Of a DNA stretch of 64,000 nucleotides, positions 9,382 to 19,700 are shown in pieces (within the stretch, counting starts at the first letter, position 1; every line of letters starts with the position of its first letter). This stretch comes from an uncultured Candidatus Peribacteria bacterium (GTDB lineage Bacteria > Patescibacteriota > Gracilibacteria > CAIRYL01 > GCA-016699755). The notes beneath the pieces are model-generated. The model was given only the letters and a program-made list of their open reading frames with translations, was not told the DNA's origin and ran no database searches. The translations under genes were made by a program, and so were the position numbers. The stretch spans positions 2,312 to 66,311 of the forward strand of contig CAZLFD010000003.1 of assembly GCA_964558715.1 (NCBI GenBank), in the 5' to 3' direction.

Positions 9382-10914
9382 ATGCAAAACAAAATCACTT
9401 CTGCCGCCATTCTTCAAACTTCAGCACCCAAGCTGCTGATGCTTATTGGAGTACTGGGTTTGATGCTGATAGTCTTTAGTGCTTGCCGTGAAAAATGTGT
9501 TCCGGGAGCATCCATTTACCCCGAATGCCTCGAAAAGCCGATCGTACCCGAGCACGAACTGGTCGTGTGGAATTTGTATGAAGATGAAGATGTCTACCAA
9601 GAGCAATTCAGCAAGTTTACCAAAGAGTATCCGATGGTCAAAATTAAATATCAGAGCTTTCCTGATGCCAAAGAATACAAAAACGCATTGATCAAGCAAC
9701 TAGCTCTGGGCAATGGGCCAGATATCTTTGCCATGCCTTATGGATGGGTCGAAGAAAATATTGCTCTGCTCGCACCTGCGCCCATAACTACCGGTGCCGC
9801 GGGTGAACAGATATTAACGGTCGATCCCGAGGTGTATCGCGAACTCTTTCATCAGGCGATTAGTGAAGTACTCATTCGCACTGTCGATGGAGTCGAGCGA
9901 GTCTTTGGTGTTGCCCTCTATCTCGATACCCTTGCCTTGTATTACAATGGAAAAGCCCTTAATGGAGCGATTCCGGAGAAGTATAGCCCCGCTGCGAGTT
10001 GGACGGAAATGCGTGCCGATGCCGCCAAAATGACAAAACGCGATAGCGAAAGCGGCGCTGTAATACGCTCGGGTATCGCCCTCGGATCAGGCAAAAGCAT
10101 ACGCTACGCCCCAGACATTATAAGCCTGCTCTTTGTCCAGTATGGCGCAAGTATTTATGATGAAGCGATGCGCAAGAGTATCCTCGCAGCGTCACAAGAT
10201 TCCACCCCATCTCAATCGACCGAAACCCCTGCCAAAGAAGCCTTCAAGCTCTATACCAGCTTTACCGATAAAGGTGCACGAAACTACAGTTGGGATGAAG
10301 AAATGGCAGCAGATGATACCGCTGAGCTCGGAGCATTTTTACGCGGTGATATCGCTATGCTTTTTGGCTATTCCGACCTCACCAACGAACTGGAAGCAGC
10401 TCGAAAAACACTGCGGGAAGCAGGAGAGAATGGTCTGATCGATACTACAGAAATCCGCCATGCAAAAGCTCCACAATTAGTGAGCGATAACAACTATCAA
10501 TGGCCAGATATCAGTAATATAGCCAGCTTTAACGGGTTTTTTGTAGCAGCACAGTCTGAGCATCGGGCAAGTGCCTGGGCGTTGATCCTTCAGCTCGCTG
10601 ATACCGATAGTGCACGTACCTATGCTGAAAAAACAGAAAGACCACCTGCCCGGCGCGACATCACCGAAGAAGTATTAAGAAATGGGAAATCGTCTCGCAA
10701 AGCCAAAATATTTGCAGATCAGGCCAAAACGGCGCGTGCACTGATTACGGGCGACCCCGATGACTTCGCGGTGATCATGCGATCTGCCGCCGACATTGTC
10801 GCAAAGGGAGAATTATCTATTGAAGATGCATTGCAGCAAGCAGAAGAGCGCCTGCAATGCGTACTTGAACGTATCAAAGGCGATGCAACCAAAGCAAATT
10901 GCACTACGCTGTAA
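9382..10914 (+). CDS. Extracellular solute-binding lipoprotein, paralog 2
   Basis: ATG 9382 gives MQNKITSAAILQTSAPKLLMLIGVLGLMLIVFSAC (lipobox). The architecture matches the upstream gene (VVWNLYEDEDVY, GNGPDIFAMPYGWVEEN, ALYLDTLALYYNG, C-terminal RLQCVLERIKGD...C). Confidence 0.8.
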   Translation: MQNKITSAAILQTSAPKLLMLIGVLGLMLIVFSACREKCVPGASIYPECLEKPIVPEHELVVWNLYEDEDVYQEQFSKFTKEYPMVKIKYQSFPDAKEYKNALIKQLALGNGPDIFAMPYGWVEENIALLAPAPITTGAAGEQILTVDPEVYRELFHQAISEVLIRTVDGVERVFGVALYLDTLALYYNGKALNGAIPEKYSPAASWTEMRADAAKMTKRDSESGAVIRSGIALGSGKSIRYAPDIISLLFVQYGASIYDEAMRKSILAASQDSTPSQSTETPAKEAFKLYTSFTDKGARNYSWDEEMAADDTAELGAFLRGDIAMLFGYSDLTNELEAARKTLREAGENGLIDTTEIRHAKAPQLVSDNNYQWPDISNIASFNGFFVAAQSEHRASAWALILQLADTDSARTYAEKTERPPARRDITEEVLRNGKSSRKAKIFADQAKTARALITGDPDDFAVIMRSAADIVAKGELSIEDALQQAEERLQCVLERIKGDATKANCTTL

Positions 10915-10919
10915 TCTAA

Positions 10920-11474
10920 CTATGCGTTCTTGAGCTGTAAGAATTCTGCGCGTGTTCGCATGTCGTTTTTAAAGCGGCCGCGTAAAGATGATGTTTCGAC
11001 TGACGAGGCTTGTTTTTCTACACCGCGCGCCATCATACAGAGATGTTTCGCCGAAATGATAACGCCCACTCCACGTGCATCTGTGACCGTTTGAATGGCA
11101 TCCGCAATCTGCATAGTAAGGCGCTCCTGATTTTGTAGTCGACGCGAAAATATTTCGACAATGCGGGGGAGCTTCGACAATCCGAGAATAGTCTTATCGG
11201 GTATGTACCCGATGGTGACAGAACCAAAAAAAGGTAAGAGATGGTGCTCGCAAGTCGAGTAGAACTCGATATCACGGACAACGATCATCTCATCAAAGTT
11301 TTCGGAATCGAATGTGGTGACGACATCTTCGACACGCTGACCGTATCCACCGCAAAGTTTCTCCCATGCTTTTGCAGCACGCTCTGGCGTATTTTTCAGG
11401 CCCTCTCGCGAACTATCTTCGCCAATTTCGCCAATCAATCGTTGCATGATGTTTTGTAGGTTTTGAAGGTTCAT
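10920..11474 (-). CDS. folE: GTP cyclohydrolase I
   Basis: GLKNTPERAAKAW, CEHHLLPFFG and HLCMMARGV are classic FolE motifs; 184 aa. Confidence 0.9.
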   Translation of the reverse strand: MNLQNLQNIMQRLIGEIGEDSSREGLKNTPERAAKAWEKLCGGYGQRVEDVVTTFDSENFDEMIVVRDIEFYSTCEHHLLPFFGSVTIGYIPDKTILGLSKLPRIVEIFSRRLQNQERLTMQIADAIQTVTDARGVGVIISAKHLCMMARGVEKQASSVETSSLRGRFKNDMRTRAEFLQLKNA

Positions 11475-11486
11475 AGAAGAAAAATA

Positions 11487-12752
11487 TCAAAGCCGAATCT
11501 GTCCGTTGCCCTGTACGATCCATTTGAAAGACGTGAGGCCTTCGAGAGCAAAAGGGCCGCGCACATGTGTTTTTTGAGTGGATATGCCAATCTCTGCCCC
11601 GAGTCCGAATTGCGCGCCGTCTGAAAATGCTGTTGAAACATTTGCATACACACATGCCGCGTCGACTTCTTGCAAGAAGCGCTCGACACGACGCGGGTCT
11701 TCGCTGCAAATCGCCTCAGAGTGCCCAAGCGAATACGCTTGAATGTGCTCGAGCGCCTGATCGAAAGAGCGGACTGTTTTGATATTGAGCACATAATCAA
11801 GCCACTCAGTCTCTAAATCGGCATCAGTAAGGGGCTCGCTCGCTTCGTACGACACATCCGCCAACGTCGCCAGCACTGTCTCGTCAGCATGGATTTTGAC
11901 GAGGGGAATACCACTTTCTTGATGCAGTCGAAAAAACATCTGAGCAAGATCACGTACAAAGATGTCGGCAACAGAGTGGTGCACGAGTACCGTATCGAGC
12001 GCATTGCAAACCGAGACCCGCCGGGTCTTTTCGTTGGCAACGATATCCACTGCCTTTGCCAGATTTGCGACTTCATCAACATATGTGTGTACAACGCTTG
12101 CCCCGGTTTCTATCACCGGAATGCTTCCATTTTGTACGCAAAAATCAATCAGACCCTTGCCTCCGCGGGGAATTATGACATCGATGAGGCCTCGTGCCGC
12201 CAACATTTCTGAAACTGCCTCACGCTCGATGGTGTCTAAAAATTGTACCGAATCCGCCGACAAGCCTTCTGCTGCTAGTGCTTCATGAATTATTTTTACC
12301 AGTGCCCGATTGGTCTGCAAAGATTCCTTGCCACCCTTAAGAACGATTGCATTTCCCGACTTAATAGCAAGGGCTGTAGCATCGATCGTTACATTGGGGC
12401 GTGACTCGTAAATCATTCCAACGACTCCGATTGGCACGCGAATACGTGAGATTTTCATGCCATTCGGAATACGCTTTTCCTCGATGATCCGACCCACTTC
12501 ATCGGGGAGATCCGCCACCGTCCGCACTTCATCTGCCATATGAGTAATGCGAGTGGCATCGAGCATCAGACGGTCACTCATCCCCTCGCGAGATAATGCG
12601 GCGATATCCTCCGCATTAGCAGAAATTATCGCTTCTGCCGCATCTTCAAGCTTGGCTGCCAAAGTGCGGAGAAACACATTTTTTTTAGCGGTTGTCATAC
12701 CGTTTAATAATCGGGACGCCTGTTTTGCTGCAACAAACTGCTCAGTAAACAT
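11487..12752 (-). CDS. proA: Gamma-glutamyl phosphate reductase
   Basis: 421 aa aldehyde-dehydrogenase-type protein with IIPRGGKGLI and VCNALDTVLVH. The N-terminus is typical of ProA. No proB is adjacent. Confidence 0.9.
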   Translation of the reverse strand: MFTEQFVAAKQASRLLNGMTTAKKNVFLRTLAAKLEDAAEAIISANAEDIAALSREGMSDRLMLDATRITHMADEVRTVADLPDEVGRIIEEKRIPNGMKISRIRVPIGVVGMIYESRPNVTIDATALAIKSGNAIVLKGGKESLQTNRALVKIIHEALAAEGLSADSVQFLDTIEREAVSEMLAARGLIDVIIPRGGKGLIDFCVQNGSIPVIETGASVVHTYVDEVANLAKAVDIVANEKTRRVSVCNALDTVLVHHSVADIFVRDLAQMFFRLHQESGIPLVKIHADETVLATLADVSYEASEPLTDADLETEWLDYVLNIKTVRSFDQALEHIQAYSLGHSEAICSEDPRRVERFLQEVDAACVYANVSTAFSDGAQFGLGAEIGISTQKTHVRGPFALEGLTSFKWIVQGNGQIRL

Positions 12753-12851
12753 AAGAGTTGGTAACGACCATTATTATGTGCAGAAAACTGGATTTTATCA
12801 ATCCCTCATTGGCACTCAACCTTCTTGCGAGCTTTCGCATTGAATGGCAGA

Positions 12852-13139
12852 ATGAAAGATGTGATAGAACAAGCACCTAAAAAAGGCCTCCGCAAAAAAA
12901 TCGACCGCTTGCTTTTGGGCGTCGTGGTCGGGGGAGCTGTTGGCTCTATTCTTGGCGTTGCACTGGCACCCAAAAGCGGAAAAGAAACGCGTAAAATTGT
13001 GACAGATCGCAGCCGCGAAACCTGGAAAAAAATATCGGATATCATCGAAGAACGCGAAGCACGTGAACACGTAAAGAAACAAAAAGGCTTTTGGCATGTA
13101 TTACATCAGTTGTTTGTCCGCAAAAAAGATGACCGCTAA
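12852..13139 (+). CDS. YtxH-domain protein
   Basis: LLLGVVVGGAVGSILGVALAPKSGKETRKIV matches the YtxH signature (G-rich TM followed by APxSGxETR). ATG 12852 is preferred over TTG 12825. Confidence 0.7.
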   Translation: MKDVIEQAPKKGLRKKIDRLLLGVVVGGAVGSILGVALAPKSGKETRKIVTDRSRETWKKISDIIEEREAREHVKKQKGFWHVLHQLFVRKKDDR

Positions 13140-14415
13140 GCGCGAACTGCAGCCTTATTTACACGGCGCAAGCGGCACTGTGCAAGTACCTGGGAGCAAA
13201 TCGTTGACCAATCGCGCCTTACTGTTGTGTGCTTTAGCAGAAGGAAAAAGCACGCTCACCGGAGGGCTAGAATCGGATGACTCGCAAGTAATGCAGGCAG
13301 CACTTGCCGACTTAGGAGTAGTAATTGAGAAAGCCGCAGCAAGATGGTCAGTAAGTGGGAATGGAGGGTTTTTTACTCCAGGGAATCACGAGCTCTATTT
13401 GGGCAATGCAGGAACAGCAATGCGCTTTCTTACCGCTGCCGCAGGATTGATGAAAGGGAGAGTCAGGCTACATGGAAAGCGAAGAATGCACGAACGCCCG
13501 ATTGCAGACCTCATCGATGCCCTCAAGCAATTAGGTGTCAGCATAAAATCGGAAGCAAACAACGGTTGCCCGCCAGTAATTATTGATGGCAATGGAGAGC
13601 TTAGGGGTGGTAATTGTGTCGTGTCTGGAAGCATTTCTAGCCAATTCCTCTCTGCTCTTTTGCAGATCGCTCCCCTCACCAAAACCGGTGTTCAACTACA
13701 TATCAAGCCGCCACTTGTCTCTCGTCCGTACTTACAAATGACGATCGGGTTGCTGCACAGATTTGGAATCAAAGTAATCGAGCATTCAGAACTGGAGTAT
13801 GAGATTGCACCACAAGCACTGAAGCCCATAGAGCTCTGTATCGAAGGCGATGCCAGTGCCTCGGCACATGTCTTTGCCTTGGCGGTGGCTGCTGGTGGCG
13901 AAATTACCATTAATAACTTTCCGCAACCCAGTTTACAAGGGGATGCAGCTTTTCTGGATGTATTGCGCCACTTTGGCGCAAGCGTCGAAACAGCAGCAAA
14001 TGGCACCACCGTAAGAATGGAGAGTACAGTGCAGCCACTTGGAGCAATCGACCTTGAGCATATTCCGGATGCAGGCATGTCGGCAGTGGTACTCGCCGCA
14101 CTTGCGAACGGCAAAAGTAGATTTACGGGCATGTCGACTTTGCGTCATAAAGAATGCGACCGCATTGCAGCATTAGAGCAAAATCTGATAGCTGCGGGGG
14201 CAAACGTCAGTTCGGGGCCAGATTGGATTGAAGTCGACGGTAATCCGCAATGCTTACATGGAGCAGAAATCGAAACCTTTGATGATCATCGTGTTGCTAT
14301 GAGCCTAGCCGCGATCGGAGCAGCAACGCCGGGGATTATCATTCACGACCCGACTTGCGTAAACAAGACTTTTCCGACTTTTTGGGATGTGTTTGAAGCT
14401 TGCCGCAAACAATGA
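13129..14415 (+). CDS. aroA: 3-phosphoshikimate 1-carboxyvinyltransferase (EPSP synthase)
   Basis: VPGSKSLTNRALLLCALAEGKSTL, LGNAGTAMRFL and DHRVAMSLA motifs. Start is 13129 (MTAKRELQ) or 13096. Confidence 0.92.
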   Translation: MTAKRELQPYLHGASGTVQVPGSKSLTNRALLLCALAEGKSTLTGGLESDDSQVMQAALADLGVVIEKAAARWSVSGNGGFFTPGNHELYLGNAGTAMRFLTAAAGLMKGRVRLHGKRRMHERPIADLIDALKQLGVSIKSEANNGCPPVIIDGNGELRGGNCVVSGSISSQFLSALLQIAPLTKTGVQLHIKPPLVSRPYLQMTIGLLHRFGIKVIEHSELEYEIAPQALKPIELCIEGDASASAHVFALAVAAGGEITINNFPQPSLQGDAAFLDVLRHFGASVETAANGTTVRMESTVQPLGAIDLEHIPDAGMSAVVLAALANGKSRFTGMSTLRHKECDRIAALEQNLIAAGANVSSGPDWIEVDGNPQCLHGAEIETFDDHRVAMSLAAIGAATPGIIIHDPTCVNKTFPTFWDVFEACRKQ

Positions 14416-14972
14416 ACAGCTCTAAAAACATTATTCTCATCGGCATGCGTGGGAGTGGCAAAAGTCATGTGGGTCGCGAGTTGGCAGCTTGCCTCAATCG
14501 TCGCTTCTTCGACACCGATGTCGAAATAGAGAAACGAGTGCAAAAGAGTATTCCCGAGCTAGTCGCTAGCAAAGGCTGGCTTACATTTCGCCAGATAGAG
14601 ACAGAAGTATGCCGCATTGTGAGCCAAGCCGAAAAAGCTGTTATTGCCACTGGTGGCGGCATTGTTTTACAGCCAGACAACATAAGTGCACTCCGGCAAA
14701 ATGGAGTCATCATCTACCTAAGTGTACCGTTGAAAGACCTAATCCACCGTATTCAAAAAAGCTCGCACAAGCGCCCCAGTCTCACGGGCAAAGACCCGGC
14801 GGATGAACTTCGCGCAATATGGCAAGAGCGCAAAAATCTCTACCCAGAAGCAGCGGATATCATCGTGGAGAACCCGAATGTAAGCAATAATAAGGCGGCC
14901 GATATTCAGCTACATACCGAACAGGTGATTGCCAAGCTTAAGCAATTTCATTACGTCGAAAAAGATGTCTAA
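14412..14972 (+). CDS. aroK: Shikimate kinase
   Basis: P-loop [31 protein letters not shown] 14412 overlaps the aroA TGA (ATGA). Confidence 0.85.
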   Translation: MNSSKNIILIGMRGSGKSHVGRELAACLNRRFFDTDVEIEKRVQKSIPELVASKGWLTFRQIETEVCRIVSQAEKAVIATGGGIVLQPDNISALRQNGVIIYLSVPLKDLIHRIQKSSHKRPSLTGKDPADELRAIWQERKNLYPEAADIIVENPNVSNNKAADIQLHTEQVIAKLKQFHYVEKDV

Positions 14973-15645
14973 TGTACGATTCGCTGTCCGCCAGCTCGGA
15001 TTTTTTCCGTGGGATATCGTCGCCGCATTCAGTGAAGATCCGGCATTACGAAATAAAGTATTCGGCATTATCGAATTATTGACGTATCAAGGTGTGTGGG
15101 CAGTGGCCTTCCATCGTATCGCACATCTGCTATACGCCTTGCGAATTCCGGTCTTGCCGCGTCTCATTTCGCAAATATCCCGACTGGCAACCGGCATTGA
15201 AATCCATCCCGGAGCCAAGATCGGCAAAGGGTTTTTCATCGACCACGGTACCGGGGTAGTGATCGGCGAAACGGCGATTGTCGGTGATCATGTTTTGATG
15301 TATCACCAGGTGACATTGGGCGGAACCAGCTTGTGCAGTGGCAAGCGCCATCCTACCATTGGTAATCATGTTTTGCTTGGTGCTGGCGCAAAAATATTCG
15401 GGCCGATCAGTATCGGCGAAAATTCACAAGTCGGTGGTGGTGCGGTGGTGATCAAAGATGTGCCTGAAAACTCCGTTGTCGTCGGTAACCCGGGGCGTAT
15501 TGTGCGTCGCCATGGGAAAAAAGTGGGTTCTCCCATTGAACATGTCGATCAGATCTCCTTGCCAGATCCGATTGAAAAACGCCTCACTCAGCAAGATCGA
15601 AAAATAAAAATGTTGGAAAAACAGTTAAAAAACCTCGGAAAATAA
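14965..15645 (+). CDS. cysE: Serine O-acetyltransferase
   Basis: Left-handed beta-helix hexapeptide repeats [47 protein letters not shown] 14965 overlaps the end of aroK. Confidence 0.85.
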   Translation: MSNVRFAVRQLGFFPWDIVAAFSEDPALRNKVFGIIELLTYQGVWAVAFHRIAHLLYALRIPVLPRLISQISRLATGIEIHPGAKIGKGFFIDHGTGVVIGETAIVGDHVLMYHQVTLGGTSLCSGKRHPTIGNHVLLGAGAKIFGPISIGENSQVGGGAVVIKDVPENSVVVGNPGRIVRRHGKKVGSPIEHVDQISLPDPIEKRLTQQDRKIKMLEKQLKNLGK

Positions 15646-15737
15646 TTCCCGAAGCCAGATTATTCTGCACCGCACTATTCCTCTTGTGCAAGCGATATTT
15701 TTTGGAGATAACAACAAAACATATTATTATCTTTAAA

Positions 15738-16736
15738 ATGTTTATTTCTATAGTGAAGTATTTTTTATTGCTCTTACTGAGTTTCGGACTTCTCGTTATT
15801 CCGCTCACTCTGGTGCAAGCAGAGCCTTCCTCAGCCGATACGTGGGCGATTCAATTGCATAACATCAATCCTGTAGCTATTGCCGATGATGACGTTGACT
15901 TGGTCGTAATCGATTACGCCAAAGACGGGACCGACAAAACGGCATTTTCAGCGGCTGAAGTAGCAGCCATGCAGCAGAATGGCAAAAAGGTATTGGCCTA
16001 TCTTTCGATTGGAAAGGCGGAGGCGTGGCGGTTCTATTGGAATAGCCAATGGGAAGCGGCGAGACAAGGTGATTGCTACGAAAGATACTACGATTACCTG
16101 AAATACAAGTGGACATGGCGAAACAAATGCGTACCTGGGAATACTCCACTCGTCGGGAACAAAGACCCACTGTGGGATGGCGAATTGTATGCCCGCTATT
16201 GGGACAATCGCTGGAAAACAGATGTGGTAGAACCGTACATGGAACGAATTATGGAGGCAGGCTTTGATGGGGTCTATTTGGCGCATGTCGACGCGTATAA
16301 CTACTGGGGCGCCGGTACCCTTACCAGAAGGACATATGCGCGCGAGATGCAAGAGCTAATCATTACGCTTTCAAGTACCGCAAAGCAGCAAAGTGGTGAT
16401 GATTTTTTAGTGATACCAGAAAATGTATCCGGTATTATTTCTGCCAGTAAAGATGTGCAGCTCAATAAAAAATTCCTCACTGCAATTGACGCCATTGCCG
16501 AGCGGTCACTCGTGTTTGATACTACAAAAGCCAAACGCGGCAAACGGATTACGGAATTGCGGACTGATTATTCATACCAAAAACCGATACTGGTGCTCGA
16601 ATTTTCGTCCAGTACATATGCGCCAACCCTACGTAGATGGCAAGAATCATTTTTAAAAAAGTATGGCCTACGTATGAGCATTACGCGAAGTAGCAATAAT
16701 GCGGAATTGGACTCAATCTCAGAACCAGTCAAATGA
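15738..16736 (+). CDS. Secreted MJ1477/TM1410-family putative glycoside hydrolase (GH114 / endo-alpha-1,4-polygalactosaminidase-like TIM barrel)
   Basis: Signal peptide MFISIVKYFLLLLLSFGLLVIPLTLVQA. Family-typical motifs VVIDYAKDG, KVLAYLSIGKAEAWRFYW, YARYWDNRW and GFDGVYLAHVDAY. Confidence 0.75.
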   Translation: MFISIVKYFLLLLLSFGLLVIPLTLVQAEPSSADTWAIQLHNINPVAIADDDVDLVVIDYAKDGTDKTAFSAAEVAAMQQNGKKVLAYLSIGKAEAWRFYWNSQWEAARQGDCYERYYDYLKYKWTWRNKCVPGNTPLVGNKDPLWDGELYARYWDNRWKTDVVEPYMERIMEAGFDGVYLAHVDAYNYWGAGTLTRRTYAREMQELIITLSSTAKQQSGDDFLVIPENVSGIISASKDVQLNKKFLTAIDAIAERSLVFDTTKAKRGKRITELRTDYSYQKPILVLEFSSSTYAPTLRRWQESFLKKYGLRMSITRSSNNAELDSISEPVK

Positions 16737-19700
16737 AACAAGGAGCAAAGCGAGTCATTGTCGGGCTGATGATTCTGTCGCTTGTAATCGGATACATTCC
16801 ACATCCAGCAAATGCGGCGGAACATACGATTATTGAGATCAGCGAGATCTACGGCAATGCCAACAGCGGAGAGCAAGAATGGATCGAGCTGCACTCACTG
16901 AGCACAATGGAAATCAATCTTGCTGGCTATACGCTCTCAGATAACATCGGGGTCATCTACACGATTCCCACCGACACTGTGCTTAAGGCAAACGAATATC
17001 TGGTGATACAAGGTTGGAGCAACAAATTAAACAACACCGGTGATTCGGCGATTCTTGCAAACACGAATAGTGAAGTCGTTGCAGCAGAATACAATTTTCC
17101 GGCAATCGATAAAAATACCAGTTGGTATCCTAAATATCAACGAGCAGATGTACCTACTCCGGGGTTGGCGCATCCAAATGACGAAGCAAGTGGCGAAACA
17201 GAAGATGATGGAGAGTCAACGGAAAATGACGAAAGTGGCGATACAAGCGAAGAAGGCACATCTGACGAAGAACAGCAGGGTGATACGGAGGAAAATGAGG
17301 AAAACACGGATGATACAGAGGAAAACGATGAAAGGAGCAATGATGAAGAAGCTGGCGAAAATGACAGACAAGATACCGAAAATGAGTCGGAGAAGGGTGA
17401 CGAAGAAGGCAGAGAAAGTTCGCCATATGCGACAATCGGCGAGATCCTGATTTCAGAAATTGTCAGTAACCCAGAAGCAGGCGGAAACGAATGGGTCGAG
17501 CTAGAATCAGCATCTGATCGCGAGCTTGATTTGGCGGGATACATCTTTGCTGATGCTATTGGTGAATTTTATACACTGCCGCAGACAAGCATCATTCAAC
17601 CGGGAGATCGAATTGTATTCTTTGGTTGGGGCAACAAGCTGAATAACACGGGTGATTCACTGTATCTCAAGTTACCGGATGGCTCGATAGTCGATGAAGT
17701 GATCGATTTTCCGAAACTCGACAAAGGCGAAAGTTGGCTACCAAGCGTAAATGCCAAGGGCATTCCTACCCCAGAGGAAGAAAATATTCTATTGGAGAAC
17801 GAGCAATCGCCAAGCCCGACCCCGGAATCAACTCCTTCACCCACGGTGAATCCAACACCCGAACCGACAATCACCATTTCGCCACTTCCATCACCGTCAT
17901 CGGTGCCAAGTAGTTCGCCTTCACCACCAAATCCATTCCCATTAGTTACGCCGACTCCAAGCGCCAGCCCTCAGCCGACCGATGCGCCTACTCCCCTGCC
18001 ATCACCATCGCCAGAACTCCTTCCCCTTCCTGAAATCGGCGACGTCTTACTCAGCGAAATCATGAGTAATCCTACTTCGGATGAAGAGGAATGGGTGGAG
18101 CTCGTTTCGACATCGACAAACTCATTCAGTCTTGATGGCTGTACACTTGAAGATGCAGTTGGCGAGATTTATACGCTTACTACAACAGAGAGAATCGAAG
18201 CAGAAGAGTATTTGGTGGTGAGTGGCTGGGGGAATAAGCTAAATAATACCGGTGATTCATTGACGCTGAGGCTTCCTGATGGAACAGTTCTGGATACTGT
18301 GGTCAATTTTCCCGCTCTCGAAAAAGGAACAACGTGGTTGCCGCAAACGAATCAGCTCGGAATCCCGAGCCGGGGACAGAAAAACACTCCGCTTCCGGTA
18401 GCAACGCCAACACCCACGCCAGAGGCCGAAGAGCCGGAACCGTCTTCAGAACCGGCACCCAGCGAGCCACTAGCACCAACACCTGCACCCGGTGAAGTGC
18501 TCATCAATGAGATTATGAGTAACCCGCTAGAAGGCGATGAGTGGATCGAGCTGATTTCGAAAGCAGAAAATGAACTGTCACTAAATGGATTCGAATTCCA
18601 CGATGCGACTGGCGGTTTTTTCACATTCGACAGCGAAGCGGTAATCGCGCCAACAGAATTCCTTGTCGTTTCTGGGTGGTCGGATAAATTAAACAATACC
18701 GGCGATTCATTAGCCCTGATAAGCGCGGAGGGCAGTGTTATCGATGGCTTTATCGAGATTCCCGCAATGGACAAAGGCGAGTCGTGGAGTACCGATTTTG
18801 CCGCTGCTACAACGCCATCACCAAGAGAAGAGAATATTCCTCGCGAAACACCAGATGAAGAAAATGACGAAGGTGGCGAAGAAGATGAAAACAGAAAATC
18901 AGAAGATTCAGAAGAATCATTGCTGGCAAGCGATTCTGTCATTATTAACGAAGTGTTTCCAAGCCCCAGTGGCGGAGCCGATGAATGGGTAGAATTCTTC
19001 GTAACCGGGCAAGTAGATATTGACGTAAGCGGCTTTACGCTGAGCGATGAACAAGGTGTCATCTACACTTTTCCGGAAAGAACAGTGCTTCATCCATCAC
19101 AATTTTTCATTGCGACAGGGTGGACCGGAAAACTAAATAACAGCGGCGATAGCGTCATACTGCAAACCCCGAGTGGGAGTACGATTACAGAAATAACCTA
19201 CTTGAGCATACCGAGCGATGCGAGCTGGGGATTTGATGGCAATGCCTATCGCCGCACCGCTACTTCGACAGCAGGGAGTGAGAATGTCTTTCCGAGTTCA
19301 ACCGGTGGAGGTGGTGGCGGGAGCAGTTCTGCAAGCTCATCGAAGAGTCCATTGCCGACACTGCTTAAGACCAGTGCCAAGGTGAAATCGTTAGCGATTG
19401 ATAAATATGATATCCAGATTTCGGAGGTCGTGTTTTCAGGTGAAGAAGATTTTATTGAGCTCTATTGCGCTGAATGCGATGCAGATTTGGCCGGCTTACG
19501 CGTCGCAGACGACAAGGCTGTATTTGAATTTCCGCCAGAGTCGACGGTTGCTACGGGAGAGTATGTCGTAATTCATTTTGCTGATGCGCCAGAAGACGCC
19601 CGCCACGCCAAAGGGGTGTGGCACTTTTGGGCTAATAAAAAAGGGTTGACCGCAACTGATGAAACTATTTTTATTATCGACTCCCGCGGGCAGGTAGAAG

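Noticed and set aside
17040-17544. K/R/M-rich ORF 17040..17450 (+) and S-rich ORFs on the minus strand inside the LTD gene
   Set aside because: They are alternative-frame and antisense readings of the GA-rich acidic-linker DNA of the 1676-aa gene. They have no independent coding signal.
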